DNA of 64,000 bases from an uncultured bacterium. Its GTDB lineage: Bacteria > Patescibacteriota > Minisyncoccia > Phycocordibacterales > DATDWN01. Positions 1-13,600 of this stretch are shown here, in pieces (position 1 is the first letter of the stretch; each line of letters begins with the position of its first letter). Made by a program: the position numbers and the translations under genes. The stretch is taken from NCBI GenBank assembly GCA_963727715.1, contig CAVSGX010000004.1:82582-146581 (forward strand), given 5' to 3'. The notes under the pieces are model-generated. The model was not told the DNA's origin. It saw only the letters and a program-made list of their open reading frames with translations, and ran no database searches.

Positions 1-2495
<2,495 letters not shown>

Positions 2496-2978
2496 GCTCT
2501 TAAATTTCCCATTAGGAAATTTAAAAACCACTTCGCCAAAACATTTTGTAACCAAAAGTGTTTTGGACTTTAACTTCGTCCTGTTATATGAAATGAATCA
2601 TAGAACAGTTTTTACTTTTACTTTTTACCCCATCTGCATGGAAAGACCCCAAACATCTTGCGATATCTGAGAACCACACGATGGAATGTGCCCGATTCAA
2701 AACCTCGGTTTCTCCGCGAACAGTTTTTCAAGCAACTAGGCTTCCTGATTTTCACTGATTTTCATTAAAGCTGTTTTATTTGTTTTTTTCATCTTAGGAT
2801 GAAAAAAACCGCTTTTTAAGCGGGATTTTCGGACAACACTCAAAAGAGGGTCATCTATACCGCTGTAAAAAATGAAGTGAATTAAACATATCTGTAATGA
2901 GAGAAAGTATATACGAAGCAAAATATTTGTCAAATGAAAGCCCTTGTGGAAAAAGTGGGGATAAATAGGGGCCACAAA

Positions 2979-3138
2979 CCCAGCTGAATAATATTTTTTT
3001 GGAGACGTTCACCCGGCCGGCGCCGGACTCGCTCGGTCCTCGGCTCGGATCTGTCAAGAGCCCCCCGTTTTGCTCGGGGTCGTTGACAGAACCTGCTCCT
3101 CGCCTGCGTATGCTCCAAAAAGATATTATTCAGCTGGG
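2979..3138. repeat. Long-hairpin intergenic repeat, family 1, copy 1. Locus-specific perfectly complementary ~25-30 bp arms flank a conserved GC-rich core containing the TGTCAAGAGC...TTGACA inner hairpin.
   Basis: The 5' arm cccagctgaataatatttttttggag is complementary to the 3' arm ctccaaaaagatattattcagctggg. The core is shared with copies at 7898-8070 and 18399-18568. Confidence 0.8.
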
Positions 3139-3209
3139 TTTGTTTAGTGATAGTGGAAAATCAAAAAACTACCCTTGGGTAGTTTTTTGAAGACAAATTT
3201 AAAAGTTTT

Positions 3210-3896
3210 TTAGTGTCTGGTGATATTGTCCTTTACTCTGTGTATGACATCCTTGGCCGCATCCTGACCACCCAAACCGAACGAAAGGCCGAGGGCCAGA
3301 GAAACCGCTACAACAAAACCGGTAAAGAGAGTTTGGATGAAAGCGCCGGCCACGCCCATTTGCGACAAAGCGATGAGAATAGCGAAGATCCAGATCGCCC
3401 ATTTGGCCACCGTGCCAAGAAAATTAGCCGATGAAAGGCCCGCCGTGCGCGAGCTAGCCACGACAATGCGATGCATCACATCGCCGACAACCGCGCCAAC
3501 CAAAAGGATGAGCACAGCGACGATGAGTTGTGGCAAGTAGCCGATGACAACCTGTTGCAGAAAGACAGTCACTTGACTTAAACCAAGCACATCAAAGCTG
3601 GCAATCAAGAAGACGACGATGACAAAATATTCAATAAGCTTGCCTAGAAATTTGCCGGAGTTTAGATTGAGTCCGGCTCGTTTGACTATCTCTTCAAAGC
3701 CGGCTTTCCTCAAAGCTTCGTCAAACTTGATCATCTTCATAAATTTCTCGACGATTCGCTCAAGCAAAACGCCGATAGCCCAGCCGATGCAAAGGATGAC
3801 TAGAGCTACGACCAAACTTGGAATGAATGTGACCACACCAAGCCAAAGCGATTGGAACGAGCTACTTAAAACTGAACCCCATGTGTTTAATATCAT
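3210..3896 (-). CDS. Integral membrane protein with repeated conserved TM-helix motifs (MscS-associated TM_helix-like). Start probably at Met 3896, because the ORF-track start 3926 lies inside the palindromic element.
   Basis: Multiple hydrophobic helices. Two internal repeats: LIEYFVIVVFLIASFDVLGL and VAKWAIWIFAILIALSQMGV. Confidence 0.6.
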   Translation of the reverse strand: MILNTWGSVLSSSFQSLWLGVVTFIPSLVVALVILCIGWAIGVLLERIVEKFMKMIKFDEALRKAGFEEIVKRAGLNLNSGKFLGKLIEYFVIVVFLIASFDVLGLSQVTVFLQQVVIGYLPQLIVAVLILLVGAVVGDVMHRIVVASSRTAGLSSANFLGTVAKWAIWIFAILIALSQMGVAGAFIQTLFTGFVVAVSLALGLSFGLGGQDAAKDVIHRVKDNITRH

Positions 3897-3903
3897 AGTG
3901 ATT

Positions 3904-3976
3904 AATCCGTACACTAACTTTACCATCGCTTCGCCGTATTTTGAAAAAATACAATGGCAAAGTTAGTGTACGGATA
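3904..3976. repeat. Palindromic structured element, family 2, copy 1. About 70 nt, perfect outer stem ccgtacactaacttt..aaagttagtgtacgg and inner hairpin gtattttgaaaaaatac.
   Basis: A second copy with compensatory substitutions lies at 39554-39626, upstream of tuf. Confidence 0.8.
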
Positions 3977-4067
3977 AAATTAGGTGATAATAATTGTTAA
4001 TGACAATATTATAACACCCACGGCCAAAAAGCCTAGGCCGGATATGCACAGGCTGGTTTTTAACTGG

Positions 4068-4655
4068 CTACAGAACCCCGAGCTTATTTACCAGTTTTTT
4101 GTGAGGATAATCCAGAATGTCGCGAATAAGTTTGTCATACATGCCGTTGCGGTAGTTGAAATCTTCGGTTGTGAAGTAAGAATAGCGCAATTCCTTGCCC
4201 ATTTGCGATTCCAGAGTCTTAATGGTATGTCCCAGAGCCGAATTTTTGACATGGTCTCCGACAATTAAAATATCCACGCGACTTTCTGGATTTTGGATAA
4301 AAACACCGGCCACAAGAAGAAGTTTGATCACTCCTATCTTTGAGATTCTATTTATAATCTCCTTTGGCTGAAGCGGATCAATATTTATCAAAAAATTCTG
4401 CAAAGGCAAAAGATAAGTGAACTGACTATTTAGAACAAAACCGGTTTTGTGGGAATTGCGCATCATATGATGTTTGACTAAACAGGCTTTCTGCAAGAGT
4501 TTTAGTTCTCTGCGAACATTGACCAGATTCTCATTTGTCCTTCTGGCGATTTCAGCAGTGTTGAAAACCGTTTCCGGATTGAAAAGAAAAAGTCGCATCA
4601 TCTTGACCTTGGCCTCCGAGCCAAAAAGTTTTGATAGAGTTTCCATGCCCGCCAT
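4068..4655 (-). CDS. Putative winged-helix transcriptional regulator (N-terminal wHTH plus uncharacterised C-terminal domain).
   Basis: The N-terminal segment SKLFGSEAKVKMMRLFLFNPETVFNTAEIARRTNENLVNVRRELKLL resembles ArsR/MarR-type wHTH. Confidence 0.45.
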   Translation of the reverse strand: MAGMETLSKLFGSEAKVKMMRLFLFNPETVFNTAEIARRTNENLVNVRRELKLLQKACLVKHHMMRNSHKTGFVLNSQFTYLLPLQNFLINIDPLQPKEIINRISKIGVIKLLLVAGVFIQNPESRVDILIVGDHVKNSALGHTIKTLESQMGKELRYSYFTTEDFNYRNGMYDKLIRDILDYPHKKLVNKLGVL

Positions 4656-5044
4656 TATACACCCGAGCCACCCAAAAAAGCGACAGTTGACAAAAAAACA
4701 ATATGGTGATTAGATGATGGAGGAGGTTCGTGTGTTTTACATCAAAATGTTTGTCGTCGGACACAATTTATTCAATCCAGATAAATATTTTGGCCCATAC
4801 AATAGCGTACGTAAATGAAGCGATAGAGGACTTGTTAAAAAATGGCTGGATTCAATCAGATTGTTTAGGACGTTATTACTCAAAGAAGGGACTGGGAGTA
4901 ATATTGTTTGGGCGAGAAATGTTTAGGCGAGAAATGCAAGCATCAATTTTTAAGTTTGAAGACATCAAGGATTTTTGACTAAAAACTCGAGTGCCACGCA
5001 CCCGAGCTTTTCTTTTTTATTACACCTTACTTTTTACTCTCTAC

Positions 5045-5527
5045 TTATTTTAGTGTCACTTTGCCACCCGCCGATTCAATATCTTTCTTGACCTTTTCTG
5101 CATCTTCTTTCTTCATCCCCTCTTTGAGCATTGAAGGAGCGGCATCAACCAGATCCTTGGCCTCTTTGAGACCAAGCCCGAGAACCTCTTTGACCACTTT
5201 GATTACGGCAATTTTAGTTGCCCCACCGTCTGTCAGTTCAACATTGAATGTTGTTTTCTCCTCGCCAGCGCCGGCTCCTGGGCCAGCTACTGGGGTAGCC
5301 ACAGCCACGGTGGCCGCGGAGACTCCGAATTTTTCTTCCAAGTGCTTGACCAGTTCATGCAAATCCAAAACTGACATTTTTTCAATAGATTCGACAATTG
5401 TTTTGAATTTTGTCGGGGTTGAAACCCCGACGCCTTCAGGTCGGGACTCCGACTTCAACGTCGGAGCTGTTTTTTCTTCTTTTGCTTCGGTTTTTGCCGG
5501 AGCTGTTGTGTTTGTTGTTTCGTCCAT
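5045..5527 (-). CDS. rplL: Ribosomal protein L7/L12, with an N-terminal extension if the first Met is used.
   Basis: C-terminal domain ...[65 protein letters not shown]-terminal dimerisation helix [21 protein letters not shown]. Confidence 0.9.
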   Translation of the reverse strand: MDETTNTTAPAKTEAKEEKTAPTLKSESRPEGVGVSTPTKFKTIVESIEKMSVLDLHELVKHLEEKFGVSAATVAVATPVAGPGAGAGEEKTTFNVELTDGGATKIAVIKVVKEVLGLGLKEAKDLVDAAPSMLKEGMKKEDAEKVKKDIESAGGKVTLK

Positions 5528-5550
5528 GATAATTTTTAATTTTAATAATT

Positions 5551-6039
5551 TTATTCTTTGCTTTTCGCAATTTCACTGAGAGCCATCACAAATCCCTGTA
5601 TCGGCGAGTTTATCAAATTGACAAACTGGGCCTGCAAAGTTTTCATGCCCGGGATCTGAGCAACAGAGACCATTTGGTTTTTATCCATAAATCTCCCCTC
5701 GAAAATTCCACCGACAATCTGGATTTTTTTGTCCAGCTTTTTCTGGAATTCATAAATCTCGCGAGCCGGATCCAAAAGATCCGAACCGAAAACAATGCCG
5801 AGTTCGCCGAGCATTTCCGGGGCCAGACCTTCAATTTTTTGACCTTCCAAAGCTTTTTTGGCCAGAGTTTTTTTGGCTACGGTATAACTGACACCTTTGA
5901 CACGCAGATTTTTTCTAATTTGCGAAGCTTCCGAAACGGATAAACCGTGGAAATTGACAAAAACCACTGAAATTGAGTCTTTGAAGACTTTTTTCAGTTT
6001 ATCGAAAATTTCTGATTTCTTTTGTTTTGATACTGCCAT
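5551..6039 (-). CDS. rplJ: Ribosomal protein L10.
   Basis: Immediately upstream of rplL. Typical L10 length and sequence (…[35 protein letters not shown]…). Confidence 0.9.
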   Translation of the reverse strand: MAVSKQKKSEIFDKLKKVFKDSISVVFVNFHGLSVSEASQIRKNLRVKGVSYTVAKKTLAKKALEGQKIEGLAPEMLGELGIVFGSDLLDPAREIYEFQKKLDKKIQIVGGIFEGRFMDKNQMVSVAQIPGMKTLQAQFVNLINSPIQGFVMALSEIAKSKE

Positions 6040-6187
6040 TTGTTTTTTGTGTTTTTAACAAATTAAAAATCGACCTGAAGGTCGGGAGAATAGAAGCGAC
6101 ATTATGTCGTCTAAGTCTCGGTAGGGCTTATGATTGCCTACTGTCTTTGACCTTATAAACAGTATGATACTCGGAAATGAAAAAATG

Positions 6188-7597
6188 TCAATTCTCAACA
6201 AAAAGTCCACGAATGAAATTAAAACCGCGAATCGGCCAAGCGAAAATCCTGCTGATAAACCCCGGGCTAGATGTGGCCACAAAAACAGTGGCCGTTTGAC
6301 TGGAATTATTTGTTGCTGGTGGAATTTTGGTCTGTGATTTTGCTAGAGCCGGCGCTGAAATTGATGTTGAATTTTTTGGTATTTCTGCCGAGGCTAATGA
6401 AAACATCTGGGTAGGTATTGTTGTGGTTGAATTTATTTCCGATTGTAGTGAGGCTAATTTCTGACGAACACTTGAAATGCCGGTCAAAATGTCGTTTAGA
6501 TCCCCAATTGAAGTGGTGGAAATTACACTATTTGTTGCGACAATATTTTGACCGGGCAGACTGGCGTAGGTTTGGCCGAGTTGGTTTCTTATTTGCAAAT
6601 CGCCGGAGCCGAAGCCCAGATCAGTCAGATCATCGGCGAAAATAATTTTTTGGCCATCTAGTATTAAGGTGTCTTTAGGGAAAATAAATGACTTATTGGA
6701 CGAACCGAGAAGCCATCCTTCTAGATTTATTTCTGCCCCAGAATTGTTTGCCACTTCCAAACCGCCAGAAACTTTTCGAATGCTGATTTTCGGGTCAACC
6801 ACCAAAACTGTCAGCCGATCCGCGGCCATCTGATCAGAAGCGTTTGCGTTAACCACCACGGAATATTTCCCCGGAAACTTGTAGGCGTGATGAACAAGAC
6901 TGCCCGCATCGGTTGATCCATCGCCAAAAGACCATTCATAGTTGATTGAGTTTGAAATGATACCTTGCGTTTTAACGGGTTTAACAACGAACGTCAGATC
7001 ATTGCCGACAGAAGTCAAACGGTCTCGCCCGCACGATATTTCAAAATCAATTGTTATCTCGTCACTCGGTAAGGAAGCCGGAGAGGAGTTGGCCGACAAA
7101 TTTGAAGTAGTATTATTCTGGTTGTCTGTGCTGGTACTTTGATCTGTTGTGGTAGCGGTAGTTGTGGTTGATGTTTGATCTCCCCCGGGAACAGGTTGGC
7201 CTATGTAAATATGTTGACTTATGGTAGTAATCTGCACTTTAGCTTTGCTCAAAACCACTGCGGTGATGACAAAATCACCAGCTGTGGAATCTTCATAATA
7301 AACAGCGCGATTGGAATCACCGGTAGAGATATAGGCGCTTTTCAGCAGACCTCCAGTGCTGGTCAAAAATTGTCCTGTCGGTGAGGAAGAAGTGAAATCG
7401 AGATATGTCGTTTCGGTCACCGGACTGCTGGACTGCACATTTATTTTGCCAGACATTTGGCCCGCCGGCACACTTTGCGGATCAGTGCTGAAAGTAAATG
7501 AATTGTCCGCAAAAACCACCGACAAAATTGGTAAAAATATAAAAATGGATACAACAAAGAACAAATATTTAAAATTTCTCATATATAAGTTAGACAT
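6188..7597 (-). CDS. Secreted / membrane-anchored surface protein with a PKD-like and a lamin-tail (LTD)-like domain.
   Basis: N-terminal signal/TM segment. WSFGDGSTD...HAYKFPGKYSVVV is a PKD signature. NLEGWLLGSSNKSFIFPKDTLILDGQ is an LTD-like motif. Thr/Ser-rich linker. Confidence 0.6.
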   Translation of the reverse strand: MSNLYMRNFKYLFFVVSIFIFLPILSVVFADNSFTFSTDPQSVPAGQMSGKINVQSSSPVTETTYLDFTSSSPTGQFLTSTGGLLKSAYISTGDSNRAVYYEDSTAGDFVITAVVLSKAKVQITTISQHIYIGQPVPGGDQTSTTTTATTTDQSTSTDNQNNTTSNLSANSSPASLPSDEITIDFEISCGRDRLTSVGNDLTFVVKPVKTQGIISNSINYEWSFGDGSTDAGSLVHHAYKFPGKYSVVVNANASDQMAADRLTVLVVDPKISIRKVSGGLEVANNSGAEINLEGWLLGSSNKSFIFPKDTLILDGQKIIFADDLTDLGFGSGDLQIRNQLGQTYASLPGQNIVATNSVISTTSIGDLNDILTGISSVRQKLASLQSEINSTTTIPTQMFSLASAEIPKNSTSISAPALAKSQTKIPPATNNSSQTATVFVATSSPGFISRIFAWPIRGFNFIRGLFVEN

Positions 7598-7691
7598 TAT
7601 ATACGCTCCTCGGCTCGGAAATAAAATTTGCTAATTTTATTTCACTGGCCATATGTCGTTAATAAAAAATCCATAAAAGCTCAGGTGTCTT

Positions 7692-7850
7692 TTATGGTTC
7701 ATTCGTAGCGGCAGTTTGTATAGCTGGAGCAGTAGGTTTGTTTTTATCCTGATAAGCCCGAAGAGCCGCCACTACAATTAAACTAATAATAATGATGGCT
7801 GCAAAACCAAGCAAAAATTTCAAAAAATCTTTGTCAAAGTATTGCAACAT
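7692..7850 (-). CDS. Small hypothetical membrane protein (52 aa). Not in the ORF track because it is shorter than 60 aa.
   Basis: ATG at 7850; single hydrophobic helix (FLLGFAAIIIISLIVVAAL). Coding status is uncertain. Confidence 0.25.
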   Translation of the reverse strand: MLQYFDKDFLKFLLGFAAIIIISLIVVAALRAYQDKNKPTAPAIQTAATNEP

Positions 7851-7897
7851 AAAAATATTTTAACAAAGAAATTTTTTTGAAGCAATGTTGATAATTA

Positions 7898-8070
7898 TAA
7901 AATCTCGCTTAGCTATTTCCTTTTTGGATACGCTAGTTCGGCCAGCGCCGAACTCGCTCCTGTCCTCGGCCTTGCCTTGTCAAGAGCCCCGTCCAAAAAG
8001 GCGGGGTCTTGACAAGACCATGCTCAAGTCCTGCGGAGTCTCCAAAAAGGAAATAGCTAAGCGAGATTTT
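7898..8070. repeat. Long-hairpin intergenic repeat, family 1, copy 2.
   Basis: The arm aaatctcgcttagctatttcctttttgga is complementary to tccaaaaaggaaatagctaagcgagattt. The core GCGCCGAACTCGCTCCTGTCCTCGGC...TTGTCAAGAGCCCCG..CGGGGTCTTGACAAG is shared with the other copies. Confidence 0.8.
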
Positions 8071-8083
8071 GTTCAGTGATATT

Positions 8084-8797
8084 CTATTGGCTCAAACCGG
8101 CTTTGTATTGGAGAAGTGATGGGTCGTTTGGAATCTTGGTAAGACCTTGGTTGATAATATCCAGAGCTTTAGCCGAGTTCAATTCAATGTTGTGATAAAC
8201 TTGAGCCAATTGAATGTAGAGGTAGGTCTGGGTCGGACCGTTGGCAATAGCTTGCTTGTAATATTTTTCGGCTGTGGTTGTATCTTTCAAAAACCAAGCA
8301 TACAAATCACCCAAGTCACCAAAAGAAATGTAGTTGGTCGGTGAAAGTTTTCCGGCGTATTGCCAAGCGACGATTGTCGCTTGATAATCCCCCGTCATTT
8401 TTCTGTAGATACCTAAATTTATCCAACTGTCAAAATCAGCCGGATTTTTCAAAAGCGCCGTCTGCAAAACAGAAACCTTTTGTTCCACCATTTGCTTTTG
8501 TTCATCCGTCATAGAAACGTTCGGGCCGAAAGAAACTTTGGCCGTCAAATCCGGAATCGGCAAAGGAACATTGTTGGGAACTTGTTCAACTTTAAAATCG
8601 CCGTTACTAGAAATGTTCACACCGGTGTTGCCAATTTCTTTTGTTGTAGTGTTCCCCGTGGTAGTGGTTGATAAGGAAAAATTTGTATTTTCGTTTGGAA
8701 CATTTTTAGATCTTCTATCAAAAGCAATGTATAAAACTAATAAAATTCCAATGATAATAATGCTTATAATAATTTTTTGCGTTTTTGTTAATTTCAT
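8084..8797 (-). CDS. Membrane-anchored TPR-repeat protein.
   Basis: N-terminal TM helix (IIISIIIIGILLVLYIAF), then TPR-like helical repeats (W..lG..Y...gdY..Ai..yq.A). Confidence 0.55.
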   Translation of the reverse strand: MKLTKTQKIIISIIIIGILLVLYIAFDRRSKNVPNENTNFSLSTTTTGNTTTKEIGNTGVNISSNGDFKVEQVPNNVPLPIPDLTAKVSFGPNVSMTDEQKQMVEQKVSVLQTALLKNPADFDSWINLGIYRKMTGDYQATIVAWQYAGKLSPTNYISFGDLGDLYAWFLKDTTTAEKYYKQAIANGPTQTYLYIQLAQVYHNIELNSAKALDIINQGLTKIPNDPSLLQYKAGLSQ

Positions 8798-8825
8798 ATC
8801 GGATATACTAGCATATTTTTATAAA

Positions 8826-8862
8826 ACAAAAAACCAACCCGATTTTGAAGGTTGGTTTTTTG
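8826..8862 (-). terminator. Rho-independent terminator downstream of the 8881-9750 gene. The hairpin is flanked by A- and T-runs, so it could act in both directions.
   Basis: ccaacc-cgattttgaa-ggttgg hairpin followed by ttttttgttttt. Confidence 0.6.
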
Positions 8863-8880
8863 TTTTTATCAAATTTTTAA

Positions 8881-9750
8881 TTAAAGTCCTTTTAGACTGG
8901 CGATTTCATTGGCTTTGGCTCTGGTTTTCGGGCCAAAATTGCCATAACCAACTACTCCCGGCCCGGCTAAACCATATTTGACTTGGAATTTTTGGATAGC
9001 GACTTTGGTGGCCGTGCCAAAATAATTGGTTTCGTGACCCGGCGAGCCGGCGCCTGTGGCGACAATTTGTGTGTCCGGATCCGAATTGAGAATTTTTTGC
9101 AAGTGCAAAACGTCGGCGCTACGGTTACCGACATAAAGGTTTTTAGTAAACACTCCAGAACCGACTACTCCCGTCGTCCCAACACTAGCCATGCCAAGTT
9201 GCGCCCGCAAAGAGTTGACTGTGGCAAGCAACGAGGCAATTTGGGATTGCAGATTAGTTGTTGATGTGTTTGTGTTTGTTGTCACAACCGGTATGTAAGA
9301 AGGTCCGCCTCCACCTCCTCCGCCCGATGCGACTGGTCCGTTGCCCCCGCCAGATGAGGTGGTGGTAGTTGTTGTGGTGTCGCAAGTGCTGGATCCGGGA
9401 GTAACAGTTTCGGTGCCCGAACCATCAGCCGTTGAACCAACAGTCAAGAGTGATTGGGTGGCCGAACATTGATAAGCTATCAGATTCCCGCCAACAGCGG
9501 CCAAAACTTTTCTATCAGGTGACACGACTGTCAAAGTGGAACCGGACGGTAAACTAACTGAAAAACTGGTCGGCCCAATACTGATTGACTGCACAACGTC
9601 ACTGCTTCCGGAAACATCCAGGCTAACTCCACCTACCGAAATCACAGCATCAGTGGTTAGCGTCACATCATTGTATGCCGCCGAAACAATGAACGGCGTC
9701 ATTGCGATACAGACCGCCAGAGATGTCATTAAAAATTTATTTTTACTCAT
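8881..9750 (-). CDS. Secreted protein with a C-terminal peptidoglycan-binding domain (PG_binding_1-like).
   Basis: Signal peptide, then a Thr/Gly-rich region. The C-terminal module ...LYVGNRSADVLHLQKILNSDPDTQIVATGAGSPGHETNYFGTATKVAIQKFQVKYGL is paralogous to the N-terminal module of the 1208-aa protein. Confidence 0.65.
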   Translation of the reverse strand: MSKNKFLMTSLAVCIAMTPFIVSAAYNDVTLTTDAVISVGGVSLDVSGSSDVVQSISIGPTSFSVSLPSGSTLTVVSPDRKVLAAVGGNLIAYQCSATQSLLTVGSTADGSGTETVTPGSSTCDTTTTTTTSSGGGNGPVASGGGGGGGPSYIPVVTTNTNTSTTNLQSQIASLLATVNSLRAQLGMASVGTTGVVGSGVFTKNLYVGNRSADVLHLQKILNSDPDTQIVATGAGSPGHETNYFGTATKVAIQKFQVKYGLAGPGVVGYGNFGPKTRAKANEIASLKGL

Positions 9751-9838
9751 AATTTTACCTAAATTAACTGGTAAAGACTAAATCTTCATTATCCTTTCGA
9801 CCTGAAACAAGGCTGGATAATGAGTTAATTCAGGTTAT

Positions 9839-10477
9839 TTAGTTGCACGCTCCATATCTGACAATCGGAGCAACACCGACAGTTGTTTGCGCAGTGGTTG
9901 ATGCCGCAAATGTCATGTTGAGCAATGTATTTGTGCTGGTGGCGTTGAATTGCAAGCAAAAACCTTGCGTGCCCGAGGATGAAGTAAAGACCGCTGTACT
10001 GGTGGCTGTAGTGCTTTCCATGATAGTGCTTGAAGCATACAGCTGATTGGCAACAGTTAATGTCCTAAGAGATGTTGCCCCAGTAACTCCGAGTGTGCCG
10101 GCTACTGTAGCATTACCGAGAAGGGCAACTACTTGACTTGGCTGACCAATGTTGATGGTGGTAGCTGTGCTTGTGCCGATATTTAGGACACCTGCAGCAG
10201 CTGTATCAAAAGCATAGCCGGCTGGCACAGTAATGTTACCGCTGGTAGCCAGCGTGCTTGAAGCGTTAATTGCGCCAGCGATGGTTAAAGTGCTGTAGCC
10301 AGTAATTGCGCCGGTGACGGCCAATGAACTAGTGGCGTAGATATTGCCACCAGTCAGAACATCGGTGCTTATGGTGGTTGTGGCATAAGCTGCCGCTACT
10401 GTCAGCGACATCCCAATCAAAAAAACAAAAACATAAAAAAGATATCCCTTTCTTAAAAACATAGATTCTAAATCCAT
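9839..10477 (-). CDS. Secreted Thr/Ser/Gly-rich repeat protein (fibre / S-layer-like).
   Basis: Signal peptide followed by low-complexity repeats of the form TGG..A.S.LA.TG. No enzymatic motifs. Confidence 0.45.
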   Translation of the reverse strand: MDLESMFLRKGYLFYVFVFLIGMSLTVAAAYATTTISTDVLTGGNIYATSSLAVTGAITGYSTLTIAGAINASSTLATSGNITVPAGYAFDTAAAGVLNIGTSTATTINIGQPSQVVALLGNATVAGTLGVTGATSLRTLTVANQLYASSTIMESTTATSTAVFTSSSGTQGFCLQFNATSTNTLLNMTFAASTTAQTTVGVAPIVRYGACN

Positions 10478-10658
10478 AATAATTTTAATAGCTAATAATA
10501 GAGACGGAGATTAAACTCCTGCGTATAAATTATAACATATGTAAAGTGTTGACATATAAAATTGTGGATAACTTTTTAGGTAAACAAAAAACACTCCCGA
10601 AAGAGCGCTTTTTGTTTTAGCGTTAAGCTAAGTTTGATCAATTCAACCAATCAAGAGA

Positions 10659-13600
10659 TTAGTTTGATCGAGTCCAGAGCAGACCTGAAGATGGGAGTCC
10701 TACAATACCGTATCCTGTTGTCCAATCGTTTGAACTAAAGACGGATGTAGAGGTTGCATTTGGTGACCATACAAAATTGTATGTCGTGCCTGCACCCACT
10801 CCTGTCGCCGTGCTTGTCGCAGCAGCGGTATCTGCCAACATCTTTGTTACAACTGAACCTCCGTAAGTGCCGGAGATACCCGTTACTGAACCGCGAAGTT
10901 CAAAGTATCGAGTCTGGCCGGCTGGAACTTCCACCGGGTTCGAAGCTGTTCTAAATGTCAAAGTTGTCTTTGAACTGTCCGAGGCACATGTGCTGCCGGC
11001 ATTTGTCGTGTTGACAGTGTCGGAGCCACTTCCCGTACAGATATTTGATGCTGAACTTGTTGCCAAGTTTTCATCAATTTGGCCACCGTTGCTTGTTCCA
11101 CCTTTAGCGAAGTTTCCTGACATAGCTGTGGAATAACCTGAATCAGTGTAGCCAAACAAACCGACATCCCTGACTGTGATAGTTGTGGTAGCCAGAGTGA
11201 ATGTGAACTTGTAGAGACCAGCATCACCATGCGAGTCTGCCGTGATGGCAAATCTCATAAGGTGACCGTCAGCAATACCCGTTGAGGACAATGTGCCGAG
11301 AGTAAATGTTGGAATCGTGTTGAACACTCTGACACCGGCCGAACCTGTGGCCGCGCCGGTTCTGATTGTTGAACCAGATGAAGCGCCAGAACCTTCGGTG
11401 CTACTGAGATCAATCTTGATCAAATCACCTTCCGTACCAGACTGGTTTGTGCCGATGTCGGCCAAGTCAGCCTTGACGGTGATGAGAGTATCAATATTGT
11501 TTTGTAGAACGAGTGGGCTGGAAAGCGTCGAGGTAGCAATTGTGCCGCCACTGGCAAAGGTAGCCGTGCCGAGCAAAGTGGAACCTTGATACAAGTAGAC
11601 TTGTGACAAGTCCCCGGCCACGTTTGAGCTGTTTCCTGCGGCGGTACTTGTCAGAACCAAACCGATTTTATTCAGATTGACACTTTCATTTGTAGCTCGC
11701 AGTTTGATAACAGACATTATCTGACCAGTCGTGCCTCCAGCGGCCAGAGCATAGCCAGGGGATGACGAGTCGATTGAAGCCGACAAAGAACCAGTGCTGG
11801 CAGTCATCAGACCTCCGTTAGCTGTGCCAAACGTAGGTGTAACTGAATTTCCTGATGTGATACCTGTCACAGTGTAATGAGCGGTGTTGGTGTCGTTGGT
11901 AGCATAGTAAGTCGCGTTTGTTGTCGGCGAGCTGGCGATATTGCACTCAAGAGCCAACGTCACGATCGTTCCTTTTGGAACTGTCAACGAATTGTCAAAG
12001 CTGAATGTATGGTATGTCCCGCTTGTCAGCGAGTTTACAACATTTGAACCAGTGTTGAGTTGCGTTTGGCCATTGTTCAAAGTGCAACCAGTGAGGTCGC
12101 CAATTGAACTATTGCCCGCTGTAACTGTTACAGGGAAAGATGACAAGCGAAGATCTTCGCCAGACTGTGAAGCGTCGAGTTGGTAGTTGGCCAAAACGAA
12201 GTTCTGGGCACCACCGACAACGCTTTGGGCTGCTGGTTGAGCTGAAATATTAACAGCGAGAGTAGCGGCCCTGACTGTCATCTGATTCATAGAGATGACT
12301 GTTGTTTGACCTGAAAGACTGACAGTGTTGCCAGTGCTTTGACCGGTAACGTTTGTCCAATCTGTGTAAGGCTCGGTAAAGACATTGACTGTCGTACCAT
12401 TAGCCCAACCTGATGGGAGTTTGCCTTTCAAAGTGTAGACATATCGGCCTACTGGGAAGGTTACTGTGTCTGTGAAGTGAATCACAGCGTAACTTGTCGT
12501 TGATGGTACCACACCGGCGTGCGTAGTACTGCCATCGCCGACAGCGACATCAACTGGGCCAGCCACAACTGCGCCGTTTTGGTCAACAAGCGAAACGCTT
12601 GTGATTTGCGAAGCTGGGGATAACGCACTAGCGACATTACCAATTGTCGAGGAAGTTGCCACAACGAAGTACATGCTCTGAATGGAAACTGGTTCACCAG
12701 CAAAGTTTGTAGCAAAACCGCCGAGTACCTGATTAGGTACATTGACAGCAAGGTTTTGTGAAGCCACTTCATTGGCCTTACCAATAAGAGTAACTGAACC
12801 GGCAGTAATGCTGGCCTGTGAACCTTCAAACCAAGGATTGCTTGATGTGTTGATTACAGTGGCATGATTGGCTAGTGTCAGAACAACCCCAGTTCCTACT
12901 GGAGCTGTAATGCCATAGCCGTATGTGTTGCCGACTAAGTATAAGTCTGTGTTTTTATAGACATCGAATTCTGCTGTGCGGCCAGATGAATTGGAGCCGA
13001 CAATGTCGCCTTGGATGTACATATCAACTGAATTTCCTTTGGTGATAACAATACCGCCAGGGAAAACTGTTGAGTAATACTTTCCGGTTGCGTCAACCAC
13101 TGTCGGATATGATGTGCCGTTAACCACGGTCACAACATTGGCCAAGTCGCCTGAACCGACTGAACCAGTCTGATTCCAGCTGATTGACTTGAGTGTCAAG
13201 TCTTCGGCTGAACCAGCGGTCACTTTGAAACCGCTGAAACGATAGCCTGTTGTGCCGATTGGCTCGCTGGCTCCGTTGTTAGGGTCAAAAGAAGATGTGT
13301 TGATTGTGGCTGAACCGAGAGTAAGTGAAGCGTTGATCGTCTGCTGTGCTCCGGTGATAGGCAGAGAACCAGCCACTGTTGCGGAAGTGTTGACTGCCAC
13401 AACATTTAGACTGGCGACCTGACCGGCATAGTTTGTAAGTGATGATGCCATGTTGCCAGCCACTGTGAATGTCTCAGATGTGCCGGCTTTGATGACAAAT
13501 GGATTACCAATAACTGCTTGATGATTTGAGTTCAAAGTCTTGGCAATACCAACTTGCATTCCTGTTGGGTCAACCAAGACGATACCAGCGAAGACAGCGT

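Noticed and set aside
2736-3190. ORFs 2736-2975, 2851-3057, 2930-3118 and 2999-3190 around the first family-1 repeat.
   Set aside because: They overlap the palindromic repeat on both strands; their translations are mirror-like artefacts of the hairpin.
4730-4978. Plus-strand 82-aa ORF with a GGAGG immediately (3 nt) before its GTG, in the gap between rplL and the wHTH gene.
   Set aside because: The Shine-Dalgarno spacing is too short and there is no conserved-looking sequence. The region is more likely the promoter/leader of the minus-strand regulator gene. Not called.
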